Origin: a virus
IMG/VR virus record: IMGVR_UViG_3300023174_004998
Span: 32,551 to 96,550 of that record
Strand: one strand, 5' to 3'
Length of the DNA stretch: 64,000 bases
The translations under genes and the position numbers were made by a program. Below the pieces are notes generated by a model. The model was not told where the DNA came from and searched no databases. It saw only the letters and a program-made list of their open reading frames with translations. Positions 53,400 through 63,596 of the stretch are shown here, in pieces. Every line of letters begins with the position of its first letter. Within the stretch, counting starts at the first letter, position 1.

Positions 53400-56279
53400 T
53401 CACTGTGGAGATCCACCTAAAATATTGTATTTTGGATACACTAGATGTTTGTTGTAAACATCAGTTAATCCATAATTGTCCTCGGGCACGATAAACACTG
53501 TACTGCCGCCATCAAATATAGTTTGCTGGCTGGCTGTTTCAGGTATCAAGCTCCAGGTAATACGTGACAGGCCTGTGGTGGGTGCCGCTGGCAAGTACAA
53601 CTCAGTGTTTGCAAACTGATCTCCACGTGTGACCACCAGAAAATCATAGGTTGTATAGGTTTCCAGCAATTCCAAAGACACATAATTTCCGCCAATTACA
53701 TTCATTCGATATCGAGCCAATCGATCAATTGTGGGTAGCACAATTGGCGCTTCGTCAAATTCAGCGTCATCAAATGGTTGTTGATCATAGGTTGCAGGGT
53801 AATCAGAGAAAGCTTCAGCGTCAGTCATACCATTGGGGAAGTCTTCCTGTTTTTGGAATATCAAAGTACGTCCATTTAGTTGCTGTCCATTGGCTCCATC
53901 AATGCCGCCCAGGGCCGCTATGCGTTGTAGTGTTTGATTGTTGATATCTACATAGGCCAACTGTGTGGCATAATCTACATCGCCTTGATAAACCAAATTT
54001 GAAGGACGAGTCACGCGATCAAATGTTGTGGCTTCAGCAGGTGACGGATTCCATGACTTGGTCACTGGATCCCAATTGATGCTGTATTGACGGTCAAGGA
54101 TATATCGATCAACCATGAAATCAATGAGGTTTAATCTCTCTCCCCATTGGGTTCGTATATTGTAGGCCAACTGTTCGCCTTTGCCTGGTTGGCAGTATGC
54201 AATAACACAGGCTTTTGTAAACCCTAAAACACGACCATTGGCCTGTCTAGAAGTCATCCATAGCGGAAGTACCTGAGAGTACTGTCCCACTGTGTCAATG
54301 ACTTGATCTCTCATCTCAACAAGACTGTTGGGATATACTTTGTCTATGGTGCCCGGTCCATCAGGGTTGGGTATGGGGAATGCAGTGGGCACTGTTTGTG
54401 GAGGACTTTCTCCTGCACTGTTGACTCCAGAATCCTGTACTTCGCTGTAAACAACTTCATAGACTACATCGCCTGTGTTTGCTCGGCGAGCCTGGGCTAC
54501 TTTAAACTCTCCCAGCACCAACTGCTTGCGGAAATGATTGAGCTCCAGTGCCTGGACATATTGTTCTATAGTTGAGCTGGTCAACCCAAACGCATGTTGA
54601 TAAATGATACGTGTGGGCAAAGCAAAGTAAGGATCATCAGGTCGATACAAAAAGCTAGGTTGTATGATGTCTTGGTTCTGCAACAGGCTGTCAAGTAATT
54701 GTCGATCAGCTTCTCCAGGCATGGCCTGTATGTAGAGACTTTCGTAGGGTTCGTTGTACACCCGTTTGACTCTAATAGAAAAAGTCTTAAACACAGATAC
54801 CAACCCATCCTGACTGTAGGCGTTTACTGTAAAAGTAAATGTTGAATCAAAGGTGGTTTCTCTTGTTATTAGTCTGGTTATTTGTTCTTTGTCAAAGGTA
54901 GTGGTTCCGCCGTCAAGCGCAAAAGTATTAAAGCTCACACGACCTGCAATGTTGCCCGAAGGTAAGAGTTGTAGGCCTTGCGGTAATTTATTGTAAACTC
55001 CCAGTCCTTCTTCAAAGGTTGGGTAGCCTTCGTAGCCACCAGGTTTGAATTGATAAAACAGCTGACGGCCACTGGCATTCACTGCTTGTATCTGTAGCAG
55101 ACTTATAGCGCCGTTTTCGATCACACCAAGGTCACTGGGGGTGAGCCAGGTCACGGCAGTTTCTACGTCACCTATGGTAGTGATGCTGTAAGGATATGCC
55201 GGAGAGATTATAGTTGGGTTATCACGTTTATAAACATAGATTGAAAAGTTAAATGCAGTCTCTGTGGCGCCTTGATTGGGCAAGTACCCATACAACCATC
55301 CAGTGGTTTGATCCAAGGAAAGCCCTGGGGGCAAATCTGATGAATCACCCAGGGCGATTTCGTATTCCAAGGCATCGCCATCAAGATCAATGGCTTGGAA
55401 CTGATAGGCAAAGAAGTTGGAATGTCGATACGTTCCAATGTTTCCATTTGTGGGATAATTTGTGATAAATGGTGTGCGTTGTGGCAACACATCAGCAGTG
55501 ATGTATTCGTACACAGGAGGCACATAGTGATCTATTTGCACTGCAAAGTCAACCAAAAAGTCTGTGGTATCAGCAGTCATGGAATCTTTTGAAATCACAA
55601 ACATCTCATAGGTTCGCTGTGTGCGGTCTTTGCCATCAGAAATCTGCAAAGTAAATTCGTAGTTTTTGCTGATTGAACGTGAACTAAAGTCCCAAGGAAA
55701 CTGATCGTAAGAAGTTCCTGCTCGATCGTAGCCTGCAATAGCAGTGTCGGGTAACGGAGCCACTGGGGTTATGTAACCCGAAATCAATCCTGAATTATCA
55801 ATGGTGAGTCCAGGAGGCAGTTCGCCATCTTCCAGAGTTAGTGTAATGCGATCGCCAGGATCTTGATCCGTGAATTGAATCTGATAGTTCACTGTGGTTC
55901 CGTCATAGAACAATCCAAGACCGCCTGAGGGTGTGACAAATCTTGGAAGATCCTGCCCTGACACTGTGATGCTAAAGGTACGGTCAGCTAGACGTATAAT
56001 TCCGCCAGGAACTTCCACATAGGCTCGAACAGCAAAACGACTGGTGACATTTTCACTGACTTCAACAGGCACACCTTGAACTTTGGCAAAGGCCTGTGGC
56101 ACACCCTCGACAGTGCCATTGGTTTTGACTTGTATGCCTTCGGGCAGGCTACCAGCTATGAGCTTGTATTTGACTATACCTCCGTCGGGGTCCACTGCCA
56201 CAACAGGTGTAGAAAAAAACAAACCTTCAGCAACTGTGCCTAGGTCACCTGGTGGAGAAATCCATACTGGTTGTGCCAT
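53400..56279 (-). CDS. large virion protein with putative Ig-like (LPxGL) repeats; baseplate-like
   Basis: Repeated GxLPxGL...G.I.G, TTFD motifs. Confidence 0.7.
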   Translation of the reverse strand: MAQPVWISPPGDLGTVAEGLFFSTPVVAVDPDGGIVKYKLIAGSLPEGIQVKTNGTVEGVPQAFAKVQGVPVEVSENVTSRFAVRAYVEVPGGIIRLADRTFSITVSGQDLPRFVTPSGGLGLFYDGTTVNYQIQFTDQDPGDRITLTLEDGELPPGLTIDNSGLISGYITPVAPLPDTAIAGYDRAGTSYDQFPWDFSSRSISKNYEFTLQISDGKDRTQRTYEMFVISKDSMTADTTDFLVDFAVQIDHYVPPVYEYITADVLPQRTPFITNYPTNGNIGTYRHSNFFAYQFQAIDLDGDALEYEIALGDSSDLPPGLSLDQTTGWLYGYLPNQGATETAFNFSIYVYKRDNPTIISPAYPYSITTIGDVETAVTWLTPSDLGVIENGAISLLQIQAVNASGRQLFYQFKPGGYEGYPTFEEGLGVYNKLPQGLQLLPSGNIAGRVSFNTFALDGGTTTFDKEQITRLITRETTFDSTFTFTVNAYSQDGLVSVFKTFSIRVKRVYNEPYESLYIQAMPGEADRQLLDSLLQNQDIIQPSFLYRPDDPYFALPTRIIYQHAFGLTSSTIEQYVQALELNHFRKQLVLGEFKVAQARRANTGDVVYEVVYSEVQDSGVNSAGESPPQTVPTAFPIPNPDGPGTIDKVYPNSLVEMRDQVIDTVGQYSQVLPLWMTSRQANGRVLGFTKACVIAYCQPGKGEQLAYNIRTQWGERLNLIDFMVDRYILDRQYSINWDPVTKSWNPSPAEATTFDRVTRPSNLVYQGDVDYATQLAYVDINNQTLQRIAALGGIDGANGQQLNGRTLIFQKQEDFPNGMTDAEAFSDYPATYDQQPFDDAEFDEAPIVLPTIDRLARYRMNVIGGNYVSLELLETYTTYDFLVVTRGDQFANTELYLPAAPTTGLSRITWSLIPETASQQTIFDGGSTVFIVPEDNYGLTDVYNKHLVYPKYNILGGSPQ

Positions 56280-56282
56280 GTT

Positions 56283-56546
56283 TTACCAACTTGTGTCAAG
56301 CTGAATTCTGCCCCAGATCACTGACGATCCGTCATAATTTTGGAAGCAGACATAAAGATACCCTGAATCATAGGCCAGCTGTCCTTCGCTGTCGCCCACA
56401 GATCCTGAGCTGATTACTGGAGCATTGTTACTGATAAATGTGTTTAAATATGCAAAATTATTGTTGCATTTTTCAAAAGCCACACGTATGCCATCACCAG
56501 TTCCGTCGTTGGGTGTCGTTCCTACGTTGATTACTTCTATCGCCAT
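56283..56546 (-). CDS. small virion protein with T4 gp9/gp10-like N-terminal motif
   Basis: INVGTTPNDGTGDGIRVAFEKCNNNF. Confidence 0.7.
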   Translation of the reverse strand: MAIEVINVGTTPNDGTGDGIRVAFEKCNNNFAYLNTFISNNAPVISSGSVGDSEGQLAYDSGYLYVCFQNYDGSSVIWGRIQLDTSW

Positions 56547-56610
56547 TATTCATACCTCGCTTTACGATATTTATGGCTTTTACTGTGATGCTAATTCTGC
56601 TGAGATCACA

Positions 56611-56638
56611 AAAAAACCCGCACACAGTACGGGTTTTC
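56611..56638. terminator. rho-independent terminator AAAACCCG-N9-CGGGTTTT
   Basis: GC stem flanked by A and T tracts. Confidence 0.75.
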
Positions 56639-56653
56639 GTTGGAACAAAGTGC

Positions 56654-58927
56654 TTATCCTATGTACCAATTTGTGCCATCTGACCACACAGGTACAGCAT
56701 TGCCAGCACCACCAACTGCTAAATTGCCCCAGGTTCTAGTGTCAGCATCTGTGACAAAGGTTCTTGCTCCCATGCCAGCATTGGCTGCCAAGTTTAAAGT
56801 GGCAACAGTGACAGGGTTGGTTTTGGTATAGCCTTCATCAACCACGATATTTCCAATGACCTGATGTAGGTCACCAGTGGCGTAGATACGCACAACTTCT
56901 TGCTGTACAGTGGTATTTGGTGCTGTAGTGTTAAAAGCAATAAATGAGCCGTGATTGCTGGGACTCCAGTTACCCAGGGCGCCCATTGTGATTTGAGCTG
57001 CCGGGTTAGTTAGAACACTGCCATCGTAGCCTTTGCCGGTGAATATGGCCAGGCGATCTTGGTTTTGCACAGCCTGAGGAGCTGTGGGTGTGCCTCGGCT
57101 AAATGTGCCTGTAAATGCACCACCAAGAGAAGCATTATTTCCAAAGGTATCAACTTCAATGCGGTTGAAACTGTTGGCTTCGTCACCCACTACTCGCAAC
57201 AATGCACCTGTGGTATTTCCTGAAATGGTTACTGTACCGTTGCCATCAGGGTGAATATTGATATTGCCGTTGCTGCCAAGTGGCGTTTCAATGTATCCGT
57301 TGGCAGGTATTTCTAAATTACCAGTGACATCAAATGTCCACTGTGCAGTATTGCCTACATAGTCATCAGCATTGATCACTATATTACCAGTAGATTCCAG
57401 TTTTACATACTTTGCGTCAGCGCCAAAGTATTGATCAAAGAAAGCATTGTTGCCTGTGTCCAAGTGTATGTGGGTGACATAATCACCACCACGCACACGT
57501 AGATATTGTAGATTACCTGGGCTGTCTGCGCCTGGAGCCAAATACAAGCCACTTCCGCCGCTTGTGTCGCCGGTACCTATGACAATGTTGTCATCAAATG
57601 TGACATTGCCTGTGTTTACAGGCCCACCACTGAATGGATCACCGTTGGCATAGTTGATGCTTGCGGTGTTACTCGGTAGAGTCAGGTTGCCATTTGCACC
57701 AAATGTCCAGTTGTTGGCACCGGTATACAACTCAATGCCGCCACCACCGGTGTTGTAGATAGAAACTGGTTGTGTGGTTGAACCTTCTTGGCCTGGTATG
57801 GTAATACCAGTATTGCCTTCAATAGCCGGGTCAATACGGATACCAACCGCACCACTCACACCATTGCCGCTGAATTCACCAATGGTCCACTGGCCATCTA
57901 GCCAGGCACCTATGTTGCCCATACCAAAACGTTGTGATGCAATGGGCCAACTGGATCCACTGTTGTCTGGGAAAGTTAGTGTTCCAGTGTTGTCAAAGGT
58001 CCAGTTTTTTGATCCTATTGCAACAATTACGTTGCCGTATTTGGCTTGACCGTTGCCCGATATACCACCATTGATTTGAACATCGCCACCTTGACCGGTC
58101 GTGCCATACCCACCATTGATACTAAAAAGGCCACCATCAGTTTGACCTGTACCGCCAGCGAGACTAATTTGTCCACCGTATCCGTTAGCACTATATCCAC
58201 CGCCAATTGTTATGTCTCCACCGTAATTAAATCCATCTCCACCGGCAATGTTTACATAACCACCGCCACCAGCTGATACATTGTCAGCATCACCTGCGTA
58301 AATCTTAATGTCACCGCCATTGGTTTCAGCATCACCAGCCCACAAGTAAACATCACCGCCTTCGCCGGTACCATTACCGCGTTGGCCTTGAATGATCAGG
58401 CGTTGTGCATTTACGTTTGCGGCTGGGGTAGGGCCTGTGATAATGGCTTGTTGTCCTGCATCACCAAATTGTAGCACCTGACCTGATTGAACACCGCCGT
58501 TGTGTAAGTCAACTGTCAATGTTGGGAATTTTGTGGTACCGTTGGTATTAAATGCAAATTGAGCATTACCATAGTCTAAACTAACAAAAAATCCGTCTTC
58601 GCCGTTGATGTACATAGTTTGGCTGTAGGATCCAGTGTTACCTGCTTCTTCCAAGTATGTAAACTCAGGGCCGCCGTCTGGACCGCCATATAGATGTGGA
58701 TACCCGTCATTGTCAACAGTTGCATTGTTGCCATCAAATATCCAGTTGCCAATGTTGGCAGCGCCGCCACTGGCCATGAATGGCAAATCGTTCCAGACAG
58801 TGATACCGTCACCCACTTTCCATGTTAGTGTGTCGGTTACAATACCGGCTTCGCCCAGTGCTAATACTGGATTGGCGGCACTCCAGTTTGCCGCTGTATC
58901 TCTGCGTAGTTTAATAAGTGTTGACAT
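56654..58927 (-). CDS. tail fibre protein with Mtd-like N-terminal domain
   Basis: IKLRRDTAANW...NPVLALGE...KVGDG...WNDLPF; Gly-rich GGDIxIxGG repeats; WTFDxxGxL repeats. Confidence 0.8.
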   Translation of the reverse strand: MSTLIKLRRDTAANWSAANPVLALGEAGIVTDTLTWKVGDGITVWNDLPFMASGGAANIGNWIFDGNNATVDNDGYPHLYGGPDGGPEFTYLEEAGNTGSYSQTMYINGEDGFFVSLDYGNAQFAFNTNGTTKFPTLTVDLHNGGVQSGQVLQFGDAGQQAIITGPTPAANVNAQRLIIQGQRGNGTGEGGDVYLWAGDAETNGGDIKIYAGDADNVSAGGGGYVNIAGGDGFNYGGDITIGGGYSANGYGGQISLAGGTGQTDGGLFSINGGYGTTGQGGDVQINGGISGNGQAKYGNVIVAIGSKNWTFDNTGTLTFPDNSGSSWPIASQRFGMGNIGAWLDGQWTIGEFSGNGVSGAVGIRIDPAIEGNTGITIPGQEGSTTQPVSIYNTGGGGIELYTGANNWTFGANGNLTLPSNTASINYANGDPFSGGPVNTGNVTFDDNIVIGTGDTSGGSGLYLAPGADSPGNLQYLRVRGGDYVTHIHLDTGNNAFFDQYFGADAKYVKLESTGNIVINADDYVGNTAQWTFDVTGNLEIPANGYIETPLGSNGNINIHPDGNGTVTISGNTTGALLRVVGDEANSFNRIEVDTFGNNASLGGAFTGTFSRGTPTAPQAVQNQDRLAIFTGKGYDGSVLTNPAAQITMGALGNWSPSNHGSFIAFNTTAPNTTVQQEVVRIYATGDLHQVIGNIVVDEGYTKTNPVTVATLNLAANAGMGARTFVTDADTRTWGNLAVGGAGNAVPVWSDGTNWYIG
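56657..56713 (-). repeat. C-terminal module (GGAGNAVPVWSDGTNWYIG) duplicated at 59924-59980
   Basis: Near-identical ~57-bp stretches with synonymous differences. Confidence 0.85.
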
Positions 58928-59131
58928 TTAAGCTGTGCCTCCGTTGAGTATGCCATCAACCAAGGGATCATACACAAAATCCGCAAATTGGTTGTCTGCT
59001 ACAAATTGTGCCGAGCCTGATTCTATGGCAGTGGCTGAACTCCAGTAACTTCCCATCCATGTGTAGATCACGGCGTTGCTGGGCACATATACTTGCCCCA
59101 GTGTGGGATTTGCTGGCATTTGAATGTTCAT
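58928..59131 (-). CDS. small virion-associated protein
   Basis: MPANPTLGQVY...YTWMGSYW; AGGA SD, TAAATA at 59151. Confidence 0.65.
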   Translation of the reverse strand: MNIQMPANPTLGQVYVPSNAVIYTWMGSYWSSATAIESGSAQFVADNQFADFVYDPLVDGILNGGTA

Positions 59132-59184
59132 ATCTATTTCCTGTATCTTGTATTTACCGTTTTTTAGTATTGTGTTCCGTGGGT

Positions 59185-59916
59185 TTATAACCCAAATCTT
59201 GCGCGATAGAAGTTGAAGTTTTGAGCAATTTCTGCGCCGCTTAGTGCTGAGTTGTAGACATTGACAATGGCCAACCCGCCGCCCCACAACCCACCTGGAT
59301 CCCAACGAGTCATCAAACCATAGCCAATTGCAGGATTGGCGGCACCGCCTGGTGGTTCTGTAGCAGTTCGTACCAGGGTGTTGTTTACATACAGGTTGAG
59401 AGTGGTGCCATCGAATGTGCCCACAATTTGATACCATGCTCCGGGTGAGAGTGAATACGACGGAGTACCGTGGAAGCCACCACCGTACCACCAGGCATTT
59501 AACTCACTGTCAGCCCCGCTGCCATTGCCCCAACCCAGTCCAAGATTGATAGTGCCGCCCGCATATTGATATTCTGTGAATATGTTGGGTCCAGAAGAAG
59601 TGTTGGTTCCATCATAGTAGTGCCACACTTCAATACTCCAGTTAGCTAGTGTGCCCAAGGTTGAGTAACTTCGTGCATATTGACCACTGCTGGGCGTAAA
59701 CTGTATGTATCCACCATTGGCACTGTTATAGGTAGGACCATTTATCAGTGTAAACGGCATTGATCCCACTGTGTCAGTCCAGACAGTGCCTGTGCCGGGA
59801 TAACTGGCAGGATTGCCAGCGTCAAGACTCAAGACTTGATTAGTCAACGGCCCCACTGATGGTGCTAATGTAATACCTGCACCTAGTGTGATTCCTGAAC
59901 CTACTGTTATGGTCAT
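59185..59916 (-). CDS. LamG/concanavalin A-like lectin domain virion protein
   Basis: LDAGNPASYPGTGTVWTD, WYQIVGTFDG..LYVN, YNSALS..EIAQNF...RFGL. Confidence 0.85.
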   Translation of the reverse strand: MTITVGSGITLGAGITLAPSVGPLTNQVLSLDAGNPASYPGTGTVWTDTVGSMPFTLINGPTYNSANGGYIQFTPSSGQYARSYSTLGTLANWSIEVWHYYDGTNTSSGPNIFTEYQYAGGTINLGLGWGNGSGADSELNAWWYGGGFHGTPSYSLSPGAWYQIVGTFDGTTLNLYVNNTLVRTATEPPGGAANPAIGYGLMTRWDPGGLWGGGLAIVNVYNSALSGAEIAQNFNFYRARFGL

Positions 59917-59920
59917 GGCA

Positions 59921-62900
59921 TTAACCTATGTACCAATTCGTTCCATCTGACCACACAGGCACAGCATTGCCGGCACCACCTGATACCTGTGCTCCAAAGT
60001 TACCTGCGGCTGCCAAGTTGGCATCATTGACAAATGCCCGACCTCCGGCCAGAGCAGTTAAGTTGGCAAGTGCAACCGGAGCAGTTATAACTCCATGGGC
60101 TGTTACATTTCCTGGCATTGTCAAGTTGCCAGTATTAGTAAAGTTCCAGTTGTATGTTCCGGCTGTGCGTAGAGTTAGATTAGCACCTTGAGTAAACATA
60201 CCAGTACCACTAGCATTACGCAAGTCAACATCTGGCGTATAAACATCATTGACTTTGAAGTTTTGTGGACTAGCTACAGTGCCAGACAATAATGTATTGT
60301 CACTTAATAAAGTAAATCTTGCTGTGTTATTAGCTAGAGCACCTTGAATAAGATTGGCACTAACTACATTGGCACCAGTGATGTTGCCGCCAGTCATGGT
60401 GATATCACCGCCCGATCCTGTGGTAACAACATTGCCAGCCGTGATGTTGCCGGTGGCAGTGACAGCAATGGCTGATACACTACTGAATCCTGACAGGTAA
60501 GGTGCTGGACTTGCTCCTGATCCAACAATTCCTGTGGTCATGATGATGTTGCCAGGAACGGTTAAATTACCAGTGTCGTCAAAGTTCCAAACTTGTGGAG
60601 TTGCGCCATCGTCTGTTCGAATAGAAACTTCACCATCATTACCAACAAAAACATTGGCACCTGTATCGCGTCCGATGACAATTGAATTATCATTGCTGGC
60701 AATGTGAATATCTGGGCCACCGGTTAGATAAATGTCTAAGTATGAACTGGCCGAAGCAGAGTCTGGAGCAATCAGTATATTGCCACTACCAAGTATGTTG
60801 CCAGGAACAGTTAAATTACCGGTGGTATCAAAATCCCATGTACCGCCGGTGGATTGAACATGTACACCAGCTGGGTCAGCCACTACAAAGGATTCGTCGG
60901 CATAATTCATTCTTACATAACCAGCACCACCGTTATTGTTATATAAATCAATACCATTGGTGTAACCACTTCTGCCAATCTGACCAGATGATGCTGGCAA
61001 TGTCAAGATACCTGTGCCATCAAACGTCCATTGGTTGCTGTTGTTGTTGGTATACAGTCGTATGGTCCCTGGTGTACCATTGCCTACCTTATTACCACCA
61101 CGTAGTTGAATGTCGCCCCCATCATAGTTTTGACCAGGGGTATTGGGATTGTCATAGGCATCACCACCACGGATCTGAACATCAAATCCATCTCCGGGTT
61201 GATTACTACTGCGATCACCACCCTGTATCTGTACATCACCCAGGGGTGCTATGATTATATCTTCACCGTCTTGTGCTGTGGTCAGTTTGAGTCCATAGTA
61301 AACGCTACTGATCACGGCATCACTATTGTCATCATCGTAGCCCACATCAATGGCATTGTCAAAAGGATCAATGTTGACATAGGTAGTACCACCGTCTGCG
61401 CCAATGGTCACACCAGGACCAACAAAAGCAATGATGCTGGCAGCCACAGGTGTCACAGGTGCCACAGCTATAGCATTGTAAGTGGTATCAGCATAGTTAG
61501 AATACCAAGGCAATGGTTGGAACTGATCCACCCATTTTTCACCGTTGCTCAAGCCCCACACTCCGCCGGGGAAGTTTAGGCTAGCACCTTCGTTGCCAGG
61601 ACCACCCATGACCAATAACAGTTGATCGGGCGTGGCCAAGTTGACTTGCAGTTCCCATTGTATGGCAGGATAGTTTTCTTCACCACTGGTGTCAATACTG
61701 CCTTCATAGCCTATGACAAATATGTCTGTGCCGTCGGCATACCCATAGTAATATTTTTGCAGGCTGAGGTCCATGGCACCCATGTAGATAGCCGGCACTG
61801 GCACTATGCCAGGGCCCACTGAGTGATAGTCATCGTAACTGTCTGGGCCAAATGTCAAGTAGCTGTTGCTGACTAGCCGTACATTGCCTGAGCTGTAGCT
61901 GTTGCCCAAGAACTCAAGAGGAAAGTCAACTGGAATTGAGTAGGAATCGTCATCATCGTCTAGGCCGTCGACCACTGTGAATCCAGGGTTGCTGTTGCCG
62001 TACAAACTGCCGTTGCCATAGGTTACCATGTTGGGAACTAAAGAAACTCCGCCACCACTGACTACATTGCCGCCAACTTCCAACTGATTGTCGCTGTTGA
62101 GTGTGAGGGGTACAGAATTGATGTAAATGGTGTTGTTGCTGACCCAAAGATCTTTCCACTGGAAAGTTTCGCTACCAAGACTATAAACACTATTACCAGC
62201 TGGTATGATGTTGCCCACGTTGGTGACAGTGATATCATCAAAGCTGACATTGCCCACATAAGTTGTAGTATCTGGAACCAGGCTAGGACTCATGTCAATG
62301 AAAGCATTGGCGTACTTGACATAAGCACGGCCGTCCACTGAGTTCCACCATATGCCACCTGTGCTCAAGGTAGGTGCTGTGTTGGAGATAGTGGCACCAA
62401 TGCCTGTGAGTTGGCTACCATTGCCTAAGAAATATCCAGCAGTAATGTTACCCGTGGTTGAGATAGAATTTGCGCCAAATCCATTGGCAAGGAAATTTGA
62501 TACATTGGCATTGCCATACATGCCTGTGAGTTGGCTACCATTGCCTATAAAATAGTTGGCCGCAACGTTGCCTGTAAAGTTGCCATTGATTGCGGCAATG
62601 TTTCCGTAGACTGTGGCACTGCTCACAGCCAGGCTGGTTCCGGTGACAGGGCCGCCTACTTGTAATCCTATGTTTGTGGTCCAGACATTGTTGCCAGATT
62701 CATAAAGCAACGTGGCTATGTCATCGTTGGCACCTACAGTGACGCCCGACCTGTTGGCCGCTGAATCTGTGGTGGCTGTGTTTGCCAACTGTATTGTTTT
62801 GGTGTCAGTGGTTATGTTACCAATTTGTATGGTATTGCCAACCACTGTGAGATTGCCACCAATGTAAGCATCACCTGGAACTGTTAATCCGCTGTTTATT

Positions 62901-63220
62901 GCAAGGTTGTTGGCATCAATGTTGCCAACATACAGCCCGCGCCAGCGATTTGTGGTTGAACCCAAAAACCAAGTGTTATTCGCACCAGGAATAGTGTTGT
63001 TGTTTAGGCGTATGTTGCCCGTACCGTTTGGGCTCAGTGCAAGATCTTGATTGACCTGCAGGGTGGAAATGGTATTTCCCTGTATTCGAACGTTGGAATC
63101 AACGGGTCCTTGCGCCCAGACGTTGGAAAAATTGTCATTTACTTTGTCGAACGCTGTGCGTAGATTGTCGCCTTCTCCATCGTTTGGAGCCGCGCCAATA
63201 TTGATAATCTGCTGGGTCAT
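59921..63220 (-). CDS. long tail fibre protein with gp9/gp10-like N-terminus
   Basis: INIGAAPNDGEGDNLRTAFDKVNDNF; GNI/GNGSQLTG repeats; WxFDxxGNL repeats. Confidence 0.8.
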   Translation of the reverse strand: MTQQIINIGAAPNDGEGDNLRTAFDKVNDNFSNVWAQGPVDSNVRIQGNTISTLQVNQDLALSPNGTGNIRLNNNTIPGANNTWFLGSTTNRWRGLYVGNIDANNLAINSGLTVPGDAYIGGNLTVVGNTIQIGNITTDTKTIQLANTATTDSAANRSGVTVGANDDIATLLYESGNNVWTTNIGLQVGGPVTGTSLAVSSATVYGNIAAINGNFTGNVAANYFIGNGSQLTGMYGNANVSNFLANGFGANSISTTGNITAGYFLGNGSQLTGIGATISNTAPTLSTGGIWWNSVDGRAYVKYANAFIDMSPSLVPDTTTYVGNVSFDDITVTNVGNIIPAGNSVYSLGSETFQWKDLWVSNNTIYINSVPLTLNSDNQLEVGGNVVSGGGVSLVPNMVTYGNGSLYGNSNPGFTVVDGLDDDDDSYSIPVDFPLEFLGNSYSSGNVRLVSNSYLTFGPDSYDDYHSVGPGIVPVPAIYMGAMDLSLQKYYYGYADGTDIFVIGYEGSIDTSGEENYPAIQWELQVNLATPDQLLLVMGGPGNEGASLNFPGGVWGLSNGEKWVDQFQPLPWYSNYADTTYNAIAVAPVTPVAASIIAFVGPGVTIGADGGTTYVNIDPFDNAIDVGYDDDNSDAVISSVYYGLKLTTAQDGEDIIIAPLGDVQIQGGDRSSNQPGDGFDVQIRGGDAYDNPNTPGQNYDGGDIQLRGGNKVGNGTPGTIRLYTNNNSNQWTFDGTGILTLPASSGQIGRSGYTNGIDLYNNNGGAGYVRMNYADESFVVADPAGVHVQSTGGTWDFDTTGNLTVPGNILGSGNILIAPDSASASSYLDIYLTGGPDIHIASNDNSIVIGRDTGANVFVGNDGEVSIRTDDGATPQVWNFDDTGNLTVPGNIIMTTGIVGSGASPAPYLSGFSSVSAIAVTATGNITAGNVVTTGSGGDITMTGGNITGANVVSANLIQGALANNTARFTLLSDNTLLSGTVASPQNFKVNDVYTPDVDLRNASGTGMFTQGANLTLRTAGTYNWNFTNTGNLTMPGNVTAHGVITAPVALANLTALAGGRAFVNDANLAAAGNFGAQVSGGAGNAVPVWSDGTNWYIG
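62401..62547 (-). repeat. 27-bp direct repeat TGCCTGTGAGTTGGCTACCATTGCCTA (62401 and 62521; GNGSQLTG)
   Basis: Exact repeat 120 bp apart in the fibre gene. Confidence 0.85.
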
Positions 63221-63270
63221 CTGCCTATTCCTTTTTACTATTTACCGGAAAAGGCAGTTTGGGAATATTG

Positions 63271-63594
63271 CTAGTAAGGTGAGAAGCTAGATCCGCACCC
63301 ACAAGTAGTGGTTGCATTGGGATTGTTGATCACAAAATTTGAACCCATGACATCGTCTTTGTAGTCTATTTCAGCGCCTTGCAAGTAGCCCCAACTCATT
63401 GAATCTACCAAGATTTTTACGTTGTCGTACTCAAAGTCAAAGTCGTCTTCGTTTTGTGTTTCGTCTAGTGTGAAACCATATTGCATGCCACTACATCCAC
63501 CGCCCTGCACAAATACACGCAGTTTAAGATTGGGATTGTTTTCTTCTGCTAGAATGTCTTTTAATTTTTCTACTGCTGAGGCTTGTACTTGCAT
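63271..63594 (-). CDS. erpA: A-type Fe-S carrier protein (ErpA/IscA/HesB)
   Basis: [17 protein letters not shown]...[14 protein letters not shown]. Confidence 0.92.
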   Translation of the reverse strand: MQVQASAVEKLKDILAEENNPNLKLRVFVQGGGCSGMQYGFTLDETQNEDDFDFEYDNVKILVDSMSWGYLQGAEIDYKDDVMGSNFVINNPNATTTCGCGSSFSPY

Positions 63595-63596
63595 GA

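Noticed and set aside
56657-59980. Diversity-generating retroelement (Mtd-like N-terminus plus duplicated 3' sequence)
   Set aside because: Both copies are coding gene ends with synonymous differences, not adenine-specific TR/VR changes; no reverse transcriptase in the window
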